A program made the position numbers and the translations under genes. From the NCBI GenBank assembly GCA_937907425.1, contig CALCIE010000065.1, positions 6,191 to 70,190 on the forward strand: a stretch of DNA of 64,000 nt, given 5' to 3'. The notes beneath the pieces were generated by a model. The model was not told where the DNA came from. It searched no databases and worked only from the letters and a program-made list of their open reading frames with translations. Below, piece by piece: positions 1 through 9,814 of the stretch (position 1 is its first letter; each line of letters begins with the position of its first letter). This DNA comes from an uncultured Pseudomonadota bacterium. Lineage in GTDB: Bacteria > Pseudomonadota > Gammaproteobacteria > Burkholderiales > SG8-39.

Positions 1-1208
1 ATACCGCGCCGGGCACGTTCTGGCCGGTAGCAGGCAGAGCCGGCACAGTCGGCAACGGCGTGGCACCGGCCAACGCCTTCATCGGCGGCTCCGCCACGCC
101 TACCACCTTGCGCTACAGCGAGGTGGGCAGCTTCACCTTGCGCGCCGCGGCCCAGAATTATCTGGGCGCCGCCGGCGCCGACATCGGCGACGCGGGCGGC
201 GTAATCGTCGGCCGTTTCCGTCCCTACGAGTTCGGCGTCACGCTGAACACGCCGGCGTTCGAAACCTATTGCGGTAGCGGCGTCGCCGGTTTCACGTACG
301 TCGGCCAGAACTTCCGCTACGCGACCGCGCCGGAAATGACGGTGCGCGCCCTGAACAAGCAGGGCGACGTCACGGAGAACTACACCGTGGGCGGACTGAA
401 CGGCGGATGGTTCAAGCTCACGGCGACGAACCGCACCTACAGCGTGCTCACCGGAACGCTGGATCTCGGGCTGGTGCCGGCGAACGATCCGGTCATCACC
501 ATCGAGTCGGCCGGAACGGCGAAGCTCGTTTTCGACGACGGCGGCGGTATACAGTTCACGCGCACCGCTCCGGTCGCGCCCTTCGATGCCGAGATCAGCC
601 TGGCGGTCACGCTGACCGACAGCGACGGTACCGCCTACGCCGACAACCCGGCGCGGTTCGGAACCCCGACGCACGGCGGCGGCATCGACTTCACCCACGG
701 CAAGGAAATGCGCTTCGGGCGCCTGCGCATCTTCAACGCGCTCGGTTCAGTCAGCGCGCCTCTCTTCGTGCCGATGCAGACGGAGTACTGGAACGGCTCG
801 GCCTTCGTGCCGAACACGGCCGACGACTGCACGACGCTTGAGCCTTCGGACATCGCCATGGACAACTACGAGGTTTTCGCGCCGAACAGTTGTCCCACGG
901 CCATCGTCGGCGGCCCGGTCGCTTTCTCCGGCGGCAAGGCACAGATGACCTTCAGTGCACCGGTAAACGGTTCGAACGGCAGCATCGATCTGCGGGCGAA
1001 TCTCGGCACGCCTTCCGGCCAGTACTGCCCGGCGCCGAACGGCGTGCGGACGGATGCGACGAGCGCGGTGCGCGGCTATCTCAAGGGCCGCTGGAACGAC
1101 GCGGAGAACGGCGCGGGCTACGACGACGATCCGGTGGCGAGGATCACGTTCGGCGTGTATGGTCCGCAGGCGCCGAAGCGGTTCATTTATTCGCGCGAGA
1201 ACTATTGA
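1..1208 (+). CDS. MshQ-like MSHA pilus biogenesis protein, C-terminal fragment (5' end outside window)
   Basis: Frame 3 is open from the window edge to the stop at 1206-1208. It lies directly upstream of an mshI-J-K-L-M-N block. The Gly/Thr-rich sequence ending FIYSRENY resembles MshQ/DUF6701 C-termini. The call rests on synteny plus recollection. Confidence 0.5.
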   Translation, partial: TAPGTFWPVAGRAGTVGNGVAPANAFIGGSATPTTLRYSEVGSFTLRAAAQNYLGAAGADIGDAGGVIVGRFRPYEFGVTLNTPAFETYCGSGVAGFTYVGQNFRYATAPEMTVRALNKQGDVTENYTVGGLNGGWFKLTATNRTYSVLTGTLDLGLVPANDPVITIESAGTAKLVFDDGGGIQFTRTAPVAPFDAEISLAVTLTDSDGTAYADNPARFGTPTHGGGIDFTHGKEMRFGRLRIFNALGSVSAPLFVPMQTEYWNGSAFVPNTADDCTTLEPSDIAMDNYEVFAPNSCPTAIVGGPVAFSGGKAQMTFSAPVNGSNGSIDLRANLGTPSGQYCPAPNGVRTDATSAVRGYLKGRWNDAENGAGYDDDPVARITFGVYGPQAPKRFIYSRENY

Positions 1209-1337
1209 CGATAATTGGACAGTTCCGGGCCGGACGGAAAGGTGCCCTTGTAAGACAATTAGTTGCAAGAGAACGATAACTTGCTCGGAGGAAGGAGGCG
1301 GTCTCGATACCGCCTCGGATGCAAATCGGGAGGGTGT

Positions 1338-2270
1338 GTGAGCTGGTGGCGAAAAGCCCGGCGTGAACCGGGCTGGATGGTGCTGGACGCGGCCGATGGC
1401 GAGCTGCGGGCCGTGCACGGCGAGTCGGGCAACGGACGCCCCGCCGTGCGGCAATACGCCGTCCGGGCGATCGGGGACGCGCCGAACGCCTTGCAGCAGA
1501 CCGCGAAAGAGCTCGGCCTCAAGCGCTATCAATGCGCGACCCTGCTCGGCGCGGACGACTACCAGATCGTGGTGGTCGACGCGCCCAATGTGCCGCGCGA
1601 CGAGCTCAAAGCCGCGATACGCTGGCGGGTCAAGGATCTCATCGACGCGCACATCGACGACGTCACGCTCGACGTGCTCGACATCCCCGTGCCGAAGGAT
1701 GTGCCGGTGTGGAACCACACCATGTACGCCGTGGCGGGGCGCAACGAGGCGATCCAGTCCGTCATCAAGCGCTTCGAGGAAGCGGACATTCCTCTGTCGG
1801 TCATCGACATCCCGGACACGGCGCAGCGCAATATCGCCGCGCTGTACGAAGACGCCGGCAGCGCGATTGCGCTGCTCTACCTGGACCGGCGGCAGGGCCT
1901 GCTCACCATCAACTACAACCGCGAGCTGTATTTCACGCGCCGCTTCGATTGTCCCTTCGAGCAGCTCGCCGGCGAGGATGAAAGACTGCGCGACGAAGCG
2001 CGCGCCCGCGTCCTGCTGGAGGCCCAGCGCTCGCTCGACCATTTCGACCGCCAGTTCCGCTCCATTCCCGTCTCACGGCTGCTCGTGGCGCCGGCACCCG
2101 CCGACACCGGCCTCACCGCCTACCTGGCGGCCGAAAGCGGCTTCGCCGTGCAGCCGGTCGATCTCAACGAAGTCATCGACTTCGGCGGCGGTCCGCTGGA
2201 CGAACGGCTGCAGTGGCGCCTGTTCCACCTCATCGGCGCTTCGCTGCGCCAGGAGGTGAAGACGCTATGA
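1338..2270 (+). CDS. mshI: MSHA biogenesis protein MshI (PilM-like)
   Basis: Part of ORF 1263-2270. The N-terminus WWRKARREPGWMVLDAADGELRAV resembles PilM/MshI starts. GTG 1338 follows GGGAGGG; ATG 1377 is an alternative start. The stop overlaps the next start (ATGA at 2267-2270). Confidence 0.7.
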   Translation: MSWWRKARREPGWMVLDAADGELRAVHGESGNGRPAVRQYAVRAIGDAPNALQQTAKELGLKRYQCATLLGADDYQIVVVDAPNVPRDELKAAIRWRVKDLIDAHIDDVTLDVLDIPVPKDVPVWNHTMYAVAGRNEAIQSVIKRFEEADIPLSVIDIPDTAQRNIAALYEDAGSAIALLYLDRRQGLLTINYNRELYFTRRFDCPFEQLAGEDERLRDEARARVLLEAQRSLDHFDRQFRSIPVSRLLVAPAPADTGLTAYLAAESGFAVQPVDLNEVIDFGGGPLDERLQWRLFHLIGASLRQEVKTL

Positions 2271-2893
2271 GCCAGCAGCTCAACCTCTTCAACCCCGTCT
2301 TCCTGCGGCAGAAGAAATACTTCTCCGCCGCCGCAATGCTGCAATTGCTGGGCGTGGTGCTCGCCGCGCTTGTCGGCACTCACGGCTTCCAGCGCTGGCA
2401 GTTGAACGGCCTGGAGAAACAGCTGGCCGAGGCGCAGGCGCAGCACGCCACGGTGCAGCGGCAGCTGGCGGAATTCAAAGCCGCTCAGGCCGAACCGAGC
2501 GCCGCCCTGCAGGAGGAACTGCTGCGCATCGAGGCGCAGGTCAAGGCCCGGGAGGCTCTGCTGGCGCGCCTGGACAGCGGCGAACTCGGCAACACGGAAG
2601 GCTTTTCCCGCTACCTCACCGCCCTCGCCCGCCAGAACGTGCCCGGCGTATGGCTGACGGGCTTCCTGGCCACCGGCAGCGAGGGACCGAAGATCATCGA
2701 AGGCCGCATGCTCGAACCCGATCTCCTGCCGGCCTACCTGCGCGCGCTCAACAAGGAGGAAGCTCTGCGCGGCCACGGCTTCGCCGCCGTACAGCTCACG
2801 GCACGCGAGGAAAAGCGGGCGGATGCAGGCGAAGCGCGTTACGTCGAATTCACGCTCGGTGCGACGCAGACCGTCAAAGGAGCAGACCGATGA
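2267..2893 (+). CDS. PilN-like fimbrial assembly protein (second MshI-type component)
   Basis: Starts MSQQLNLFNPVFLRQKKYFSAAAMLQLLGVVLAAL, the typical PilN N-terminus with one TM helix, followed by a coiled coil. ATG 2267 overlaps the upstream stop. Confidence 0.65.
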   Translation: MSQQLNLFNPVFLRQKKYFSAAAMLQLLGVVLAALVGTHGFQRWQLNGLEKQLAEAQAQHATVQRQLAEFKAAQAEPSAALQEELLRIEAQVKAREALLARLDSGELGNTEGFSRYLTALARQNVPGVWLTGFLATGSEGPKIIEGRMLEPDLLPAYLRALNKEEALRGHGFAAVQLTAREEKRADAGEARYVEFTLGATQTVKGADR

Positions 2894-3570
2894 AGCAATG
2901 GTGGCTGAAGTGGTCCGAACGCATCGACGCCATGACACTGCGGGAACGGGCGGCGGTGTTCTTCGCCGCGGCCATGGTGCTGGTCTTCGCTTTCCAGATG
3001 CTGTTCGGCGATCCGGTCACGCGGCGCGAGCGGGACGTCATGCGGCAGCTTGCCCAGACGCAGCAGGAGACCCGCCAGCTTCAGAATCAGATCCAGATCC
3101 TCATCGCCCAGCGCACGCGCGACCCGGATGCCGAGCGCCGCGTGCAGCTCGATCTGTTGAGGACGCGCCTCGCCAAGCTGGAGGCCACGCTCGCCGAGAA
3201 GGAGCGCGAGCTGATCTCGCCCGAACACGTGCCGGGGCTGCTGGAGGAAATGCTGCGCCGCGAGCGGCGTCTGGAGCTGGTCAGCCTGAAGTCGCTGCCG
3301 CCGGCGCCCTTGTTCGACGGCAAGGACGCGCCGTCCGGCAATGCCGGCGGGGACAACGCCGTGCCGTCGCTGCAGGTATACCGGCACGGTGTGGAGCTTA
3401 TCGTGCGCGGCAGCTATTTCGACCTGGTGCGCTATCTCGACGAGCTCGAACGCCTGCCCTTGCGCATGTACTGGCATGAGGTCGCGCTCTCGGGCGAGAA
3501 CTATCCCTTGATCACCATGAGATTGAACGTCTATACGCTCAGTCTCGAACGGACGTGGGTGGTGGTATGA
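2890..3570 (+). CDS. mshJ: MSHA biogenesis protein MshJ (PilO-like)
   Basis: Starts MKQWWLKWSERIDAMTLRERAAVFFAAAMVLVF (TM helix plus coiled coil). ATGA overlap with the upstream gene. Position in the cluster fits. Confidence 0.65.
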   Translation: MKQWWLKWSERIDAMTLRERAAVFFAAAMVLVFAFQMLFGDPVTRRERDVMRQLAQTQQETRQLQNQIQILIAQRTRDPDAERRVQLDLLRTRLAKLEATLAEKERELISPEHVPGLLEEMLRRERRLELVSLKSLPPAPLFDGKDAPSGNAGGDNAVPSLQVYRHGVELIVRGSYFDLVRYLDELERLPLRMYWHEVALSGENYPLITMRLNVYTLSLERTWVVV

Positions 3571-3929
3571 AGCAGCTTCGCGCCATCCCGACCGTGACGC
3601 TCGTCCTGGCCGCCGTCGCCGCCCAGGCGCAGACGCTCAACGATCCCATGCGTCCGCCGCAATTCGTGGCACAGCAGCAAGCCGCCTCCCAAAGCGGTCC
3701 CGTGCTGCAGTCGGTGATCATCGGCAAGGACAGGCGTCATGCCATCATCAACGGCGAACGCATCGGCCTGGGGGAGGCGTACGGCGATGCCAAGCTGGTG
3801 CGCATCACCGAAAACGAAGTCACGTTGCGCGACGCCGCCGGCGAGACCGTGCTGAGACTGGTACCGGAATTCAAGCAACCGATCGTGGCACCCAAGAACG
3901 TAAGCCGCGACACTGCACGGGGGAGATAA
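3567..3929 (+). CDS. mshK: MSHA biogenesis protein MshK
   Basis: Signal peptide MKQLRAIPTVTLVLAAVAAQA. The motif LQSVIIGKDRRHAIINGERI is typical of MshK. ATGA overlap with mshJ. Confidence 0.6.
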   Translation: MKQLRAIPTVTLVLAAVAAQAQTLNDPMRPPQFVAQQQAASQSGPVLQSVIIGKDRRHAIINGERIGLGEAYGDAKLVRITENEVTLRDAAGETVLRLVPEFKQPIVAPKNVSRDTARGR

Positions 3930-3935
3930 GGAAAA

Positions 3936-5663
3936 GTGAGAAGAAAAATCGTGCTTGCGTTTGCGTGGGTGCTGACCGCATGTGCAATACCGAACGATCC
4001 GCAGACCCTGGATCCGCGCATCCTCGACGAGATCAACGCGGCTGCCGCCGCCAAGCCGCAGCCCGCGCATGAGTCCGCGGTCGAAGAGGCGCTCATCCCG
4101 CCCCTGCGGCTGGAACTGCCCAAGGTCGACGATCGCGAGCTGGAGCCGCGTTTCGATATTTCGGTCCACAACGCGCCGGCGCAGCAGGTGCTGCTTTCCA
4201 TCGTCTCCGGCACCCGCTACAGCATGCTGATCCACCCGGACGTGGCCGGCAGCGTCACGCTGAACCTGAAGGACACGACCGTGCCGGAAGCGCTAGACGC
4301 GCTGCGCGAGCTTTACGGCTACGAGCACCGTATCGACGGCCACCGCATCATCGTCCAAGCGCCTTCGCTGCAGACGCGCGTATTCCGCGTCAACTATCTG
4401 GCCGGCCATCGGCAGGGGCGCAGCGAGGTGCGCGTCATCTCCGGTTCGGTGGCCGACGCGGGACCGTCGACGCCCCGTACCGTGGGCGGAACCGTTCCCG
4501 GTATCGACGGCGCGCAACCGTACCCGCAGCAGGGCGGCGCCAGCCGGGCGACCGATTCCGCACGCGTGCTCACTTCCACCAGCACTGATTTCTGGAAGGA
4601 TCTCGAACAGACGCTCAAGCTCATCGTCGGCGGCGAAGGCGGCCGCAGCGTGGTCGTGAACCCGCAGGCCGGCGTCATCGTGGTACGCGGCATGCCGGCC
4701 GACATGCGCAACGTCGAGGAGTACCTGCGCGCCATCAAGCTCTCTGTCGAACGCCAGGTGATGATCGAGGCGAAGATCATCGAGGTGACGCTCTCCGACG
4801 GCTATCAGGCGGGGATCAACTGGTCCGCCTTCGGTGCGGGCCGGTTCGCCGGCGGTGTGATGCGGCCCGGCGCAAGATTGGGACGCTCCGGCGAAATCAG
4901 GGGCGGCAGCATCCGTTCCACACCCGGCGATCGATCCATCGAATCCGTGGTCGAGGACGCCGCAAACCTGTCCGGAGGATTGTTCGGCCTCGCCTTCCAG
5001 ACCCGCAATTTCGCCGCGGTGCTGGAATTCCTCGAAAGCCAGGGCAGCGTGCAGGTGCTTTCCAGCCCGCGTATCGCCGCGCTGAACAACCAGAAGGCGG
5101 TGCTGAAGGTCGGCACCGACGAATTCTTCGTGACCAACGTGCAAAGCGGCAACACCACCACGGGGGTGATCGGCGGCAACACCACGACCTTCCCGACGCT
5201 CACGCTGCAGCCCTTCTTCTCCGGCGTGTCGCTCGACATCACGCCGCAGATCGACGAGGACGCCAACGTGATCCTGCACGTGCACCCGTCCGTGAGCCAG
5301 GTGGAGCAGGACAATCGCGTGATCAACCTGGGCGAGCAGTTCTTCGGCACCGTGAACCTTCCCCTCGCCCGCAGCACGGTGAGCGAGACCGACAGCGTGG
5401 TCAAGGTCGCGAACGGCAACATCGTCGCCATCGGCGGCCTGATGAAAGTCGACGTGATCGACAGCAAATCCGGCCTGCCCGGCCTGCAGAACGTGCCGGT
5501 GGTCGGCCAGGCCTTCGGCAGCCGCGACCGCGTGGCGGTGAAGAAGGAACTGGTCATCCTCATCAAACCGACCATCATCGGCGGCGAGACGAACAGCGCG
5601 GAGATCGGCGAGGCGCGCGAACGCCTGCTCAACCTCGGAACGCGGAGCCGGGTCAACCGCTGA
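3936..5663 (+). CDS. mshL: MSHA pilus secretin MshL (GspD/PilQ family lipoprotein)
   Basis: 575 aa with a lipobox (VLTAC). The secretin C-domain is recognisable (VLSSPRIAALNNQKAVLKVG ... GLPGLQNVPVVGQAF). GTG start follows AAGGAAAA. Confidence 0.9.
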   Translation: MRRKIVLAFAWVLTACAIPNDPQTLDPRILDEINAAAAAKPQPAHESAVEEALIPPLRLELPKVDDRELEPRFDISVHNAPAQQVLLSIVSGTRYSMLIHPDVAGSVTLNLKDTTVPEALDALRELYGYEHRIDGHRIIVQAPSLQTRVFRVNYLAGHRQGRSEVRVISGSVADAGPSTPRTVGGTVPGIDGAQPYPQQGGASRATDSARVLTSTSTDFWKDLEQTLKLIVGGEGGRSVVVNPQAGVIVVRGMPADMRNVEEYLRAIKLSVERQVMIEAKIIEVTLSDGYQAGINWSAFGAGRFAGGVMRPGARLGRSGEIRGGSIRSTPGDRSIESVVEDAANLSGGLFGLAFQTRNFAAVLEFLESQGSVQVLSSPRIAALNNQKAVLKVGTDEFFVTNVQSGNTTTGVIGGNTTTFPTLTLQPFFSGVSLDITPQIDEDANVILHVHPSVSQVEQDNRVINLGEQFFGTVNLPLARSTVSETDSVVKVANGNIVAIGGLMKVDVIDSKSGLPGLQNVPVVGQAFGSRDRVAVKKELVILIKPTIIGGETNSAEIGEARERLLNLGTRSRVNR

Positions 5664-5664
5664 G

Positions 5665-6558
5665 ATGGTTTATCTCTCCCATTTCGGGCTGCGCGAAGCG
5701 CCGTTCAGCATCACGCCGGACACGAGCTACTTCTGCTCGTTCCGCAGCATCCAGGCGGCGCTCAACACGCTGATGTTCGCCGTGCACAACGGCGAAGGCT
5801 TCATCAAGATCACCGGCGAGGTCGGCACGGGCAAAACGCTGCTGTGCCGCAAGTTCCTGTCCAGCCTGAAACCGGAGTGGGTCGCGGCCTATACCCCCAA
5901 CCCCAACATCTCGCCTTCCACGCTGTTGCGTGCCATCGCCGAGGAACTGGGTGCCTCCGTCGAGCACGACAGCGACGAACACGCGCTCATGCGCACGATC
6001 AACGCGCATTTGCTGGAACTCGCCCAACAGGGCAGGTATCCCGTGCTGTGCGTGGACGAGGCGCAGGCCATGCCGATCGAAACCCTGGAGATGGTGCGGC
6101 TGCTCACCAATCTCGAAACGGAGAAGCGCAAGCTGCTGCAGGTCGTGCTGTTCGGACAGCCCGAGCTCGACCAGAAGCTCGCGCGCCCCGAGATCCGGCA
6201 GCTGCGCCAGCGCATCACCTTCGAGCATCGCCTGACGCCGCTCAGCCGCGACGAAACGGCACGCTATCTCGCCCACCGTCTGGTCATCGCCGGTCACGGT
6301 GGCAGCCGTCTTTTCACGCCCGCGGCGACCTGGGTGATCCACCGCGCGAGCGGCGGCGTACCGCGTCTGATCAACATCCTCGCGCACAAAACGCTCATGC
6401 TCGCCTACGGCCGCGGCGATCACGAGGTGAAACTCGGCGACGCGCTGCGCGCGGTGGCGGACACGCCCGCCGCAAAGGGCGGCGCCAACCGGCTGCTCTG
6501 GCTCGGGATACTCGCCGCGGTGATCCTGGGCGTGGTGACGGCTTATCTCATGATCTGA
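5665..6558 (+). CDS. mshM: MshM / ExeA-type AAA ATPase
   Basis: The N-terminus YLSHFGLREAPFSITPD and Walker A GEVGTGKT are typical of ExeA/MshM. Confidence 0.85.
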   Translation: MVYLSHFGLREAPFSITPDTSYFCSFRSIQAALNTLMFAVHNGEGFIKITGEVGTGKTLLCRKFLSSLKPEWVAAYTPNPNISPSTLLRAIAEELGASVEHDSDEHALMRTINAHLLELAQQGRYPVLCVDEAQAMPIETLEMVRLLTNLETEKRKLLQVVLFGQPELDQKLARPEIRQLRQRITFEHRLTPLSRDETARYLAHRLVIAGHGGSRLFTPAATWVIHRASGGVPRLINILAHKTLMLAYGRGDHEVKLGDALRAVADTPAAKGGANRLLWLGILAAVILGVVTAYLMI

Positions 6559-6563
6559 AGACT

Positions 6564-7682
6564 ATGAGCGTCATCAACCGGATGCTGCGGGATCTCGACC
6601 GGCGTCAAGGCGGCGAACGGCCGCTCTACGTCCAGCATCTCATCGCCCCGGCGCCCGCTTCCCGCAAACCCCTGCTCATCATCGCCCTCGCCTTCGTGTT
6701 CGCGCTGATTGCGACTTACGGTGTGCTGCGCCACGTCGGCGACGGCAAGGCGGCGCCCGAACCGGCCGCGGCCGCCCCGGACATGCGACACGCGCCGCCC
6801 GCGCAGGCCGCGCGTCCGGCCGCTCAGTCTGTCGGAAGCGGCATCGCCGCGCCCGCCGCAGCGGATTCGCCGGCAGTCCAAGCGCCCGCCGCCGAGGCCG
6901 CATCGGTCGCAGACGTCGCCGCGACAAAGGAAGCGGTACAACCGGCCCAGGCTCCTCTTACGCTCGCCGAAGCCGGACCCGTGCCACAACCTGAGACGCC
7001 TCCGCCACCGCCGCTTGTCCAGCCGACAGCAGCCGTCCCGGCGCCGGCCGCGCCGGAACACGAGGCGCCTGTGGCGCATGGCCCGGCGCGCATCGACGTG
7101 CGGCCCTATGTGCCCGAGCCCACGGCGAACAGCGAGTATCGCCGTGCGGCGGCGCTAATCGATCAGGGCCGCAACGAGGAAGCACGCGCCGCCTTGCGGT
7201 CGGCCTTGGCTTTGGATCCCTCCCATGAAGCAGCGCGTCAGACGCTGGCGGTGCTGCTCATCGAGGCGCATGCCGATGAGGATGCCGAAACCGTGCTGGC
7301 CGAGGGTCTGCGCTTGAATCCTGCGCAAACGAACTTCGCCATCGTGCTGGCACGGTTGCAACTCGAACGCGGCGAAGAGGCCGCCGCGCTGCAGACCTTG
7401 CGTTCCCACGCCGCGGCAGCCGAGTCGAACGCCGAATACCGGGCCTTCACCGCCGCGCTGTTGCAGCGTCTCGGCCGTCACACCGAAGCCATCGAGGAAT
7501 ACCTCGCCGTGCTGGACCTCGCCCCGTATGCGGGCATCTGGTGGGTCGGGCTTGGACGCTCTTACGAGGCGGCCGGGCGGACCGGGGACGCAGCGGCGGC
7601 CTATGCCCGCGCTCGCGAGACCGGCACGCTCGCTCCCGGCATCGCGTCATTCGTGGAGCAGAAACTGCAGACGCTGCGCTGA
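6564..7682 (+). CDS. mshN: MshN-like TPR protein with a long Ala/Pro-rich linker
   Basis: Starts MSVINRMLRDLDRRQ, followed by a TM helix, an A/P-rich low-complexity stretch and C-terminal TPR repeats. ATG 6564 lies inside the longer shadow ORF 5844-7682. Confidence 0.65.
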   Translation: MSVINRMLRDLDRRQGGERPLYVQHLIAPAPASRKPLLIIALAFVFALIATYGVLRHVGDGKAAPEPAAAAPDMRHAPPAQAARPAAQSVGSGIAAPAAADSPAVQAPAAEAASVADVAATKEAVQPAQAPLTLAEAGPVPQPETPPPPPLVQPTAAVPAPAAPEHEAPVAHGPARIDVRPYVPEPTANSEYRRAAALIDQGRNEEARAALRSALALDPSHEAARQTLAVLLIEAHADEDAETVLAEGLRLNPAQTNFAIVLARLQLERGEEAAALQTLRSHAAAAESNAEYRAFTAALLQRLGRHTEAIEEYLAVLDLAPYAGIWWVGLGRSYEAAGRTGDAAAAYARARETGTLAPGIASFVEQKLQTLR

Positions 7683-7745
7683 GGCGGCGGTGCACGCCGG
7701 TCGTCTCCGGCACATTGCCTGCTGCATGGTTGATACCCTCCAACC

Positions 7746-9812
7746 ATGTTCATCCGCGCTTTCCGCCGCTGTGCCCTGTTCGTGCTCGCCTGCGGCGCGG
7801 GCTTTCCCGTTGCCGCTCAGGACACGGCGGAAGAAATCGTCGTTTCCGCCAGCCGCCGTGAACAGCGCGTCTTCGATGCGCCGGCGGCGGTGAATACGCT
7901 GGACGCGGAGGCCATCCGCGCCGCCGGGCCGCGGGTCAATCTGTCCGAACCGCTCGTCCGCCTGCCCGGCGTCCAGGCACTCGAACGCCAGAACTACGCC
8001 CAGGATCTGCAGCTCTCGATCCGCGGATTCGGCGCGCGCTCGACCTTCGGCGTACGCGGCGTGCGCATCCTCGTCGACGGCATTCCCGCCACCATGCCGG
8101 ACGGCCAGGGCCAGGTATCGGCCATCGATCTTGCGGGTGCGGAACGTATCGAAGTGCTGCGCGGCCCGCTTGCCCAGCTCTACGGCAACGCGGCGGGCGG
8201 TGTGCTCCAGGTCACCACCGCGCTCGGCGGTCCGGATCGTATCGAAGCCGGGCTCGACCGCGCCCGTTCCGACACTCAAAGGCTGGGCCTGCGCCTGCTC
8301 GGCGAAACCGAGGGCTTCCAAGGCGCCGCTTCCCTGAGCCGTTTCACGACCGACGGCTGGCGCGAGCACAGCGCCGCGGAACGTACGCTGTTCAACGCCA
8401 AGCTGCGCTTCGAGGTCGGGCCGTCGAGCCGGCTCACTTTGACCGGCAACGTCTTCGAACAGCCCCACGCGCAGGATCCGGGCGGCCTCACGCGTGCGGA
8501 GTACGGAAGCGACCGGCGCGGCGCGGCGCCACTGAACCTCGCTCAAGACGCGCGCAAGTCGGTGCGCCAGCGGCAGGCGGGCCTGCTGTTCGAGCATGCG
8601 CTGGACGGCTCGCGTTCCATCGGCGCCCGCCTCTACTTCGGCCAGCGCGATCTGTTCCAGGCGCTTGCGATCCCGCTCGCCGCGCAACTGAGCCCGACTT
8701 CGGCAGGCGGCATCGTCGATCTCGAACGCGACTACGGCGGATTGGGTCTGCAATACATGCGACGCGGGCTGCATGGCGGCACCGCCGATTTCGTCGCCGG
8801 CGTCGAGCTCGACGGGATGCGGGAACGCCGCCGCGGCTACCTCAACGACGGCGGCCGACGCGGTGCGCTGAAACGCGACGAGGACGATACGGTGTGGAAC
8901 GCCGATGTCTATGCGCAACTGACGTGGCGCTTCGCCGCGAGCTGGACGGCATTGGCCGGCGTGCGCCATAGCACGGTGCGCTTCGATGTGGACGACCGCT
9001 ACATCGCAGCCGGCAACCCTGACGACAGCGGCGACGTGCGCTATCGCGCGACCAATCCCGTGCTGGGGCTGACCTATCACGCCGGCGACACGCTCAACCT
9101 CTACGCCAATTTCGGCCGCGGTTTCGAGACGCCCAGCTTCACAGAGCTCGCCTACCGCAGCGACGGGCCGGGCCTCAATTTCGCGCTCGATCCCGCCCGC
9201 TCGCGCCATTGGGAAGTCGGCGCGAAATTCCGCCCGGGAGCCGGACATGCGCTCGATCTGGCGTTCTTCATCATCGAGACGGACGACGAGCTCGTCGTGG
9301 AATCGAACGCGGGCGGACGCACCACCTACCGCAACGCCGCACGTACCGAACGCAAGGGCATGGAGTTGGCGTATCGCCGGCCGCTCGGCCGCGCATGGCG
9401 AATGGATCTTGCCTGGACCGAGCTCGATGCGCGCTTCGCGGGCGGCGACAGCGACGGCAACCGCCTGCCAGGCACGCCTTCGCGGCAAATCTACGCCGGC
9501 GTGATGTGGCAACCGAATCAGGCTGGCGCGCTATCCGGCCTCACCGCGGCCGTCGAAGCGGTGCATGTGGGGCGCATCTACGTGGACGATGCCAACACCG
9601 ACGCCGCCTCGGCGCATACGCGTTACAACGCGCGTCTGGAGCTGCGCAAGAGTTACAGCCGCTGGTCGCTTGCGACCTATGCGCGTCTCGACAATCTCGG
9701 CGACAAGCGCTACGCCGGCTCCGTCATCGTCAACCAGAGCGCCGGGCGATACTTCGAGCCGGCGCCGGGACGAAGCTGGTCGATCGGTCTGATCGCCGAA
9801 TTGCGCCGCTGA
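7746..9812 (+). CDS. TonB-dependent outer-membrane receptor
   Basis: 688 aa with a signal peptide, a plug domain (EEIVVSASRREQRVFDAPAAVN) and a C-terminal beta-barrel ending in an aromatic-rich strand. The substrate cannot be called. Confidence 0.85.
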   Translation: MFIRAFRRCALFVLACGAGFPVAAQDTAEEIVVSASRREQRVFDAPAAVNTLDAEAIRAAGPRVNLSEPLVRLPGVQALERQNYAQDLQLSIRGFGARSTFGVRGVRILVDGIPATMPDGQGQVSAIDLAGAERIEVLRGPLAQLYGNAAGGVLQVTTALGGPDRIEAGLDRARSDTQRLGLRLLGETEGFQGAASLSRFTTDGWREHSAAERTLFNAKLRFEVGPSSRLTLTGNVFEQPHAQDPGGLTRAEYGSDRRGAAPLNLAQDARKSVRQRQAGLLFEHALDGSRSIGARLYFGQRDLFQALAIPLAAQLSPTSAGGIVDLERDYGGLGLQYMRRGLHGGTADFVAGVELDGMRERRRGYLNDGGRRGALKRDEDDTVWNADVYAQLTWRFAASWTALAGVRHSTVRFDVDDRYIAAGNPDDSGDVRYRATNPVLGLTYHAGDTLNLYANFGRGFETPSFTELAYRSDGPGLNFALDPARSRHWEVGAKFRPGAGHALDLAFFIIETDDELVVESNAGGRTTYRNAARTERKGMELAYRRPLGRAWRMDLAWTELDARFAGGDSDGNRLPGTPSRQIYAGVMWQPNQAGALSGLTAAVEAVHVGRIYVDDANTDAASAHTRYNARLELRKSYSRWSLATYARLDNLGDKRYAGSVIVNQSAGRYFEPAPGRSWSIGLIAELRR

Positions 9813-9814
9813 AG

